Part shown: piece by piece, positions 59,118 through 64,000 of the stretch | Layout of the letters: each line of letters starts with the position of its first letter | Position numbering within the stretch: position 1 is the stretch's first letter | From: Candidatus Anstonellales archaeon | GTDB lineage: Archaea; Micrarchaeota; Micrarchaeia; Anstonellales; J096 | Assembly: GCA_038890745.1 (NCBI GenBank) | Contig: JAWAFD010000002.1 | Coordinates: forward strand, 248,782 to 312,781 | Reading direction: 5' to 3' | Length of the DNA stretch: 64,000 bases | Program-made: the position numbers and the translations under genes | The notes under the pieces: generated by a model | Seen by the model: the letters and a program-made list of their open reading frames with translations, nothing else | Told to the model about the DNA's origin: nothing | Databases searched by the model: none

Positions 59118-59621
59118 TTAAATCATGCCCTTTGCCCTATCTACGAGAAACCTCAATGCCTCTTCTTTACTGAGCTTTTTTTCATTACATTCTTTAACGA
59201 TTTCTGCATACCTGATTGTATCATTCTTGTACTCTTCTAAGACATTTTTTTCTGGCGGTGTAAAAAAGAAACATATTTTTGCGGTTAGTGGGCAGAGCGC
59301 TCTTTTGCTCATTTTTCCATCTTCCTCGTGCGGATATATCCTGCATGCAAGAGGCCTAAAGGGGTATATCCTACATTTCCCACGAAAAAGAAAGTAGCAT
59401 GGATGGGATTTTAGAGCGAGCAGATAGTACTCTTCATATTCTCCGTTCATCGCCTCAACAACAAACTCATCTTCATAAGAAAGTATATCAAGTCTGCGCA
59501 GTTCAGCAAATTTTTCAGCCTTTATTCCGGTTTTCTTTTCGATTCTTGCTACATCGAAAGCATTTACAGTGATCACAAAACTTTCACAGCATCTCCCATC
59601 ACACAGAGAGCAAAGGTTCAT
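59118..59621 (-). CDS. YkgJ/UPF0153-like Fe-S or zinc-chelating CxxCxxxCC domain protein
   Basis: N-terminal CSLCDGRCC and later C..C pairs. Confidence 0.55.
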   Translation of the reverse strand: MNLCSLCDGRCCESFVITVNAFDVARIEKKTGIKAEKFAELRRLDILSYEDEFVVEAMNGEYEEYYLLALKSHPCYFLFRGKCRIYPFRPLACRIYPHEEDGKMSKRALCPLTAKICFFFTPPEKNVLEEYKNDTIRYAEIVKECNEKKLSKEEALRFLVDRAKGMI

Positions 59622-60592
59622 CTAAACACATCCCGCATGTTTTCTATTCTGTAATTCTGTATGGGCTTCCAAAATTCCAATGGCCTGCTCCCATACTTTT
59701 TGTACAGCAAATATCCTGCATAAGCAATCATGGCTCCATTATCCCTGTTAAACTCATCAGGTGCAACCCCAAATTTTGTTCCGTCCTCCTCAGCCATTTT
59801 TAAGAGCATCTCCTGCAATCTTCTATTCTGTGCAACCCCTCCGCAAACAATGAACCCGTTTGCTTTTTTCAGATAAAAAGCCCTTTCAGCAACCTCGCAA
59901 ACCATCGCGAACGATGTCTCCATGAGAGAATAGGCAACATCCTCTTTTTTGTTTTTTTTCAGCGCCTTAACAGCAGCAGTGAAAAGACCAGAAAAAGCAA
60001 GGTTAAGCCCCTTTACAGTGTACGGAAGGTCGATGTATTTTCCACGGGAAGCAAGCTCTGAAAGAACAGAACCATGCGCATACCTAAGCCCAATCTCCCT
60101 TCCAAACGAATCAAACAAATTCCCTATTCCTATATCCAGCGTTTCTCCTAACACATCATAAAACCCTTCCTCATTCTCAAAAAGAACCTGGGTGTTTCCA
60201 CCGCTTACGTAAATAATTATTCCTTTTTTTATTTTTGTAAAAAGCTCGCTTATAACTATGTGCGCATACGCATGGTTAACCCCTATGAACGGCTTTTTAT
60301 GATGCGCAGAAAGATATTTTGCCATAGAAAAACCAAAAGAAAGAGGAGAGCCTATACCAGGACCTTGCGCGCATGCAACTACATCAACATCTTTTATATC
60401 TATGTTCGCTTCTTTCAGCGCCTCATCAAGCATTTTCTTGAAATACTGCTGATGGTGGTCTGCCATCTTTCTTGGAATAAGCCCTTCGTTTATGGGCTTA
60501 TAGATGTGATGCGCATTAGATAGGATTTTTTCATTCTCGCATATCCCCACCCCTATCGTATGGGCAGTGGATTCTATTCCAAGAACGATCAT
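59618..60592 (-). CDS. kae1: tRNA N6-adenosine threonylcarbamoyltransferase Kae1 (not fused to Bud32)
   Basis: MIVLGIESTAHTIGVGI, GPGIGSPL, VNHAYAHI; 324 aa. Confidence 0.9.
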   Translation of the reverse strand: MIVLGIESTAHTIGVGICENEKILSNAHHIYKPINEGLIPRKMADHHQQYFKKMLDEALKEANIDIKDVDVVACAQGPGIGSPLSFGFSMAKYLSAHHKKPFIGVNHAYAHIVISELFTKIKKGIIIYVSGGNTQVLFENEEGFYDVLGETLDIGIGNLFDSFGREIGLRYAHGSVLSELASRGKYIDLPYTVKGLNLAFSGLFTAAVKALKKNKKEDVAYSLMETSFAMVCEVAERAFYLKKANGFIVCGGVAQNRRLQEMLLKMAEEDGTKFGVAPDEFNRDNGAMIAYAGYLLYKKYGSRPLEFWKPIQNYRIENMRDVFR

Positions 60593-60622
60593 GCTAAGAA
60601 GATATTAGAGAAGGTTTAAAAA

Positions 60623-61216
60623 TTAATAGAAAATTTTTGCAAGTGCGATGGAGCACAAATTAAATATCACATGCGCAAGTATATTCTGAGAAATGGATTT
60701 ATTTCTAACATAAAAATACCCGAAAACCAATCCTATTGCAAACGCACCGATTATCTCAACAACAGATCCGTAGGAAAAATGCGCAAGCCCGAATATTATG
60801 GCGGATGGAAGTATTCCCATTCTTTCAGTTAGTATGGCGCGGAAAAACAATTCCTCGCTGAAAGGAACGAAAAACACTGCCATGAGGATAAGAAGAGGCC
60901 CAAAACCCTCAACCTTACTCGCGACTTTTTCTAGGTCGCTAACCTTGAGGATATATGCTGAAACAGAAATCAACCCACCTAAAAGAACGATCGCAAAAAA
61001 GCAGAAAAAAGTTTCTCTTAGGAGAATAAAAAAATTCCTCGGAACAATAACCTCTCTGGTTTTTGTAAATAGAACTGCAAAGGAAAAAAGAAGGAGGGCG
61101 GAATGCAAAAAGTAAGCGTTAAGAGGAGGAGAGTTGAAGAATGCATAAACAAATAGGAAAAATGAAAGAAGAACAATCCCTGCCCTAAAAATTATTTCCT
61201 TTCGTAGTACCCACAT
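60623..61216 (-). CDS. CPBP-family intramembrane metalloprotease (CAAX protease-like)
   Basis: [11 protein letters not shown] (EExxxR motif) and GLAHF (FxxxH motif). Start taken at MWVLRK; the ORF track extension (61270) overlaps rps27ae. Confidence 0.7.
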   Translation of the reverse strand: MWVLRKEIIFRAGIVLLSFFLFVYAFFNSPPLNAYFLHSALLLFSFAVLFTKTREVIVPRNFFILLRETFFCFFAIVLLGGLISVSAYILKVSDLEKVASKVEGFGPLLILMAVFFVPFSEELFFRAILTERMGILPSAIIFGLAHFSYGSVVEIIGAFAIGLVFGYFYVRNKSISQNILAHVIFNLCSIALAKIFY

Positions 61217-61362
61217 CTTCCGCAGCTCATCCTGTCTTTGTGCTCTGCAAGATGATATCCCGGTCCACACTTTGGGCAGTACTTCCCTTTTTTGTAATGC
61301 TTTGTTTTCGTTATAAAATTTCTATTTTTCTTTTTTGGAGATGCTTTTTTTTCTTCTGCCAT
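61192..61362 (-). CDS. rps27ae: 30S ribosomal protein S27ae (not in the supplied ORF track)
   Basis: Minus frame [56 protein letters not shown] with a C4 zinc ribbon, directly downstream of rps24e as is usual in archaea. Confidence 0.85.
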   Translation of the reverse strand: MAEEKKASPKKKNRNFITKTKHYKKGKYCPKCGPGYHLAEHKDRMSCGRCGYYERK

Positions 61363-61367
61363 AATCA

Positions 61368-61706
61368 TCACTTCTTAGGAGCCTCGGCGGGCTTCCCTTT
61401 TTTCTTTTTCTCTTTTTTCGGTTTCTTTTCTGCTAGTTTGTTTCTTACAAGAATATAATTGGGCTCTGTCCTTACCATATCCTCTTTGTTTGAATAAACC
61501 CTTGCAAAAACCCTTGCCCCTTTTTTTCCTGTTTCCTGTGAAACTTTTAACACAACAAGCAACTCTGGTTTAACCCCAAGCTTCTCGACAATCGCTTGCC
61601 TAATGTCATCTATTTTTGGGGTTGCTCCACCATGCTCAACATAAGCTGTTATTTCCTTTCTTTTCAAAATTTTGTTCTCTTTCTGCTCCCCGATCTCAAC
61701 CTTCAT
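61368..61706 (-). CDS. rps24e: 30S ribosomal protein S24e
   Basis: [36 protein letters not shown]. Confidence 0.9.
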   Translation of the reverse strand: MKVEIGEQKENKILKRKEITAYVEHGGATPKIDDIRQAIVEKLGVKPELLVVLKVSQETGKKGARVFARVYSNKEDMVRTEPNYILVRNKLAEKKPKKEKKKKGKPAEAPKK

Positions 61707-61710
61707 TCCC

Positions 61711-62115
61711 TCACCCTTTATACACCCTAACTATTGCCCTTCTTCCCATAGACTCCATAAGTTCAACATCCTTTCCTTCTTCGAGCTGCCCTTTGAATTC
61801 TTCGGGTATTGTAATCTCAAACATCTCGTATGTCTCCTTATCCATAAGTTGGGCAGTATCCCCGCTTACTGAGATCACCTGCGCATTTAGTTTTTTTATT
61901 GTTGGTGATTCAACCTCCATATCCGCAGAACCGAGCCATGTTTTCTTCTGTCCGTCAAATATTCCAATTGCAGTAATCCTCACTTTCGCAGCACCATGCT
62001 TTCCTGGCTTTGAGACATCCATGCTAACAACCCTGCAGGGTATATCATCTATTATGATGTACCTGCCAGGTTTGAGCTCCTTTGCTGAAACGAATGTTTT
62101 TTCTCCTTCTGCCAT
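61711..62115 (-). CDS. eif5a: translation initiation factor 5A
   Basis: Hypusine loop SKPGKHGAAK. Confidence 0.95.
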   Translation of the reverse strand: MAEGEKTFVSAKELKPGRYIIIDDIPCRVVSMDVSKPGKHGAAKVRITAIGIFDGQKKTWLGSADMEVESPTIKKLNAQVISVSGDTAQLMDKETYEMFEITIPEEFKGQLEEGKDVELMESMGRRAIVRVYKG

Positions 62116-62175
62116 TCTATCACCAAATAAAATTTTGTGGATTTATTTATAAAGCATTACGATTTTTAAACATAT

Positions 62176-62910
62176 ATGGCAGTTGATGTGCATGCACACA
62201 TTACGGAAATAAAAAATGTTGAAGTCCTTCTGAGAACAAAAAAAGTTCTTCCCGTTGCAAGCGGATATTCACATCAAGAAAATATGAAGACAGTTGAGCT
62301 TGCAAAAAATCTCGACCTTCCTTTCTCTATAGGAATCGCACCCCAAATAGCCCAGCACGGGTTTAAACAAGAGTGGGTTAACTACATTAAAGCACAAAAC
62401 CCAAACGCAATAGGCGAGATAGGTCTGGACAATCATTGGGCAAGAACAGAAGAACACAAAAAACTGCAGGGAGAATGTTTTGAGCAGATGCTGGATATTG
62501 CGGAAAAGAAAAATCTGCCAGTGGTAATTCATTCACGGGAGTCGATGGACGAGATTCTTGAAATTCTTATTCAGCGAAAATTTCCGAACATCGTTATGTT
62601 CCATTTCTATTCCGGAGAAAAAAAGCATGCGAAACTTGCCCTGAAGCATCTTGATGCGTACTTTTCTATTCCTCCTCTTCATTCTAAGGGAAGAAGGGAT
62701 GCGATTTTAGAAGCAGGTTTGGAAAGGGTTGTTGTTGAGACAGATTCCCCATACATCGTAAGAACATTTTTAGAGGTTGAAAAATCCTTAGTTTATGTTT
62801 CAGAAATTCTTGGAAAGAGGAAAGAAGAGGTAGAAATGAAAACAGCTGAAAATGCTGCAAAGATTTTTAAATTGAGCATGGAAAAAGTTTTAGCATATAA
62901 AATTTTTTGA
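62176..62910 (+). CDS. tatD: TatD-family metal-dependent hydrolase
   Basis: VDVHAHI, IGEIGLDNHW, HSRES, ETDSPY. Confidence 0.85.
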   Translation: MAVDVHAHITEIKNVEVLLRTKKVLPVASGYSHQENMKTVELAKNLDLPFSIGIAPQIAQHGFKQEWVNYIKAQNPNAIGEIGLDNHWARTEEHKKLQGECFEQMLDIAEKKNLPVVIHSRESMDEILEILIQRKFPNIVMFHFYSGEKKHAKLALKHLDAYFSIPPLHSKGRRDAILEAGLERVVVETDSPYIVRTFLEVEKSLVYVSEILGKRKEEVEMKTAENAAKIFKLSMEKVLAYKIF

Positions 62911-62920
62911 GGGAATAGCT

Positions 62921-63355
62921 ATGTTTGAAAATTTTTTCCGCAAGCCGAAGAGGGTGGCTGTTTTTGTGGATGGCCCGAATATGATAAGAAAGGGAAGCAA
63001 GATAGATTTAGCGGTTGTTCTGAGTGAGGTGAAAAAATACGGGGACCCGGTAATAGCCAATGTTTATTTAGACCAGTACGCCTCTGACAAGCTCATAGAA
63101 GCGGTGATAAACCAAGGGTTCTCCCCTGTTATCACCTCCGGGGATGTTGATGTCACCATGGCTACGGATTCTGTTTTTTTCGCAACAACCCGTTCAGACC
63201 TAACGGGAATAGTTTTTGTAACCCGAGATACAGATTTTGTTCCGGCTATAAAACGGTGCAAAGAAATAGGAAAAGAGATCATAATAATAGGAATAGAACA
63301 TGGGTTCAGCGCCGCGTTAAGGCATTACGCTGACCATTTGATATTGATGAAATAG
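62921..63355 (+). CDS. NYN/LabA-like PIN-fold domain protein
   Basis: VAVFVDGPN, ...SGDVDVTMATD, VFVTRDTDF. Confidence 0.75.
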   Translation: MFENFFRKPKRVAVFVDGPNMIRKGSKIDLAVVLSEVKKYGDPVIANVYLDQYASDKLIEAVINQGFSPVITSGDVDVTMATDSVFFATTRSDLTGIVFVTRDTDFVPAIKRCKEIGKEIIIIGIEHGFSAALRHYADHLILMK

Positions 63356-63428
63356 ATTTTTTGGCGAATAGGAAACTTTAAAAATCATTCTACAGAGAAA
63401 TTGCCAGGATTGGTTTTGGGGTGAGGAT

Positions 63429-63650
63429 GTGAGACCTTTTGATTTGTTGAACAATGCAGTAAACAAGTCAGTGATAGTTGGCTTGAAAGGAGGAAAGGAA
63501 TTCAGGGGTATAATGACTGCTTTCGATGTACACATGAACATTGTACTAGAAAAAGCAGAGTTGCTGGATGAAAACGGGCAGCCTAAAAAAGGATACGGAA
63601 GGATTCTTCTTAGGGGGGACAGCGTAACGCATATTTCGCCTTCTGAATAA
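63429..63650 (+). CDS. Sm-like (LSm/SmAP) protein, GTG start
   Basis: Sm1 VIVGLKGGKEFRGIMTAFDVHMNIVL and Sm2 ILLRGDSV. The frame begins GTG at 63429. Confidence 0.85.
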   Translation: MRPFDLLNNAVNKSVIVGLKGGKEFRGIMTAFDVHMNIVLEKAELLDENGQPKKGYGRILLRGDSVTHISPSE

Positions 63651-63696
63651 TGCTTGGCTTTGGGATATAAAGGATTTAATATGTCTTAGCAATTTC

Positions 63697-64000
63697 TTAA
63701 CTCGTACTAGTTAAACTTTGTATCTTCTTGGCCGCCTCTATAATCTCGCTGTTCGTTGGGTCGAGCTCGATTGCTTTCTCTATAGGCTCATCGCGGAGCT
63801 TCTCATCCCCCAGCCACTTCGCGGCAATCTCTGCAGCATATAAATAGGTCCTTGCAAGTTCAAACTTTTCATCCTCAGACCTTGCGGGTAGTTTTGCGGC
63901 CATCTCCATAAGTTTTGTGTAGAACTCCATCGCGACACTAGTTAAACTTTGTATCTTCTTGGCCGCCTCTATAATCTCGCTGTTCGTTGGGTCGAGCTCG
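63697..64000 (-). CDS. helical-repeat protein built from in-frame 231-bp (77-aa) tandem units; last unit complete, the gene runs off the window end
   Basis: ORF 63697..63930 (MEFYTKLMEMAAKL..EAAKKIQSLTSTS). The 63 bp encoding its C-terminus (63707-63769) recur exactly at 63938-64000, immediately upstream and in the same frame (..QSLTSVAMEFY..) with no stop. Confidence 0.45.
   Translation of the reverse strand, partial: ELDPTNSEIIEAAKKIQSLTSVAMEFYTKLMEMAAKLPARSEDEKFELARTYLYAAEIAAKWLGDEKLRDEPIEKAIELDPTNSEIIEAAKKIQSLTSTS

Noticed and set aside
63707-64000. The direct 63-bp repeats containing GAGCTC (SacI) near both window ends as evidence of a cloning vector or circular-contig overlap.
   Set aside because: Sequence identity extends only over the in-frame repeat. 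The window start merely shares the hexamer GAGCTC. This fits a repeat protein better than a vector junction. An assembly artefact still cannot be excluded.
1-64000. Transposases, integrases, rRNA genes, and SRP or RNase P RNAs.
   Set aside because: No DDE or tyrosine-recombinase motifs and no rRNA-like or conserved ncRNA sequence blocks were recognised. Intergenic space is minimal. Absence here is based on reading by eye only.

Overview
This window reads as a compact, AT-rich archaeal chromosomal segment. Support for an archaeal origin is direct: a complete A1AO (V-type) ATP synthase operon in the order H-I-K-E-C-F-A-B-D on the minus strand; an exosome superoperon (SBDS, Rrp4, Rrp41, Rrp42, L37Ae, Pcc1, prefoldin beta, DHH phosphoesterase); the ribosomal stalk cluster L1-L10(P0)-L12(P1); aRF1, aIF1A, aIF2-beta, aIF5A, S24e-S27ae, an Sm protein, Kae1, TruD, Trm1 and diphthine synthase; and tRNA genes carrying introns. 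Housekeeping metabolism includes GlmS, PGK, PEP synthase, SAH hydrolase, two PfkB kinases, PurA, PurC, GGPP synthase, cysteine synthase, TyrRS, a type IA topoisomerase and a beta-carbonic anhydrase. Coding density is very high. There are many convergent or overlapping gene ends, several leaderless or SD-led starts, and GTG/TTG starts are in use. No transposase, integrase, CRISPR array or rRNA was seen. The least ordinary items are: (i) a compact accessory island at 34.2-36.2 kb holding an AbiEii/DUF1814-like nucleotidyltransferase gene that overlaps an unrecognisable partner gene by 8 bp, preceded by a perfect palindrome and followed by a secreted membrane-anchored protein; (ii) a tRNA-Glu(CUC) that appears to carry two introns, one a ~131-nt non-canonical intron in the T-loop, and a tRNA-His with a 52-nt intron and no encoded G-1; (iii) an exact 79-bp tandem repeat (2.45 copies) with internal hairpins beside a Zn-ribbon/GIY-YIG-like orphan gene; (iv) a gene at the window end built from in-frame 231-bp tandem repeats; (v) a bacterial-style Cys-rich MopE-like metal-binding-repeat lipoprotein and a neighbouring Cys-rich small protein; (vi) several large secreted or lipoprotein-like hypotheticals. 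All functional calls come from motif recognition by eye; no database search was run.
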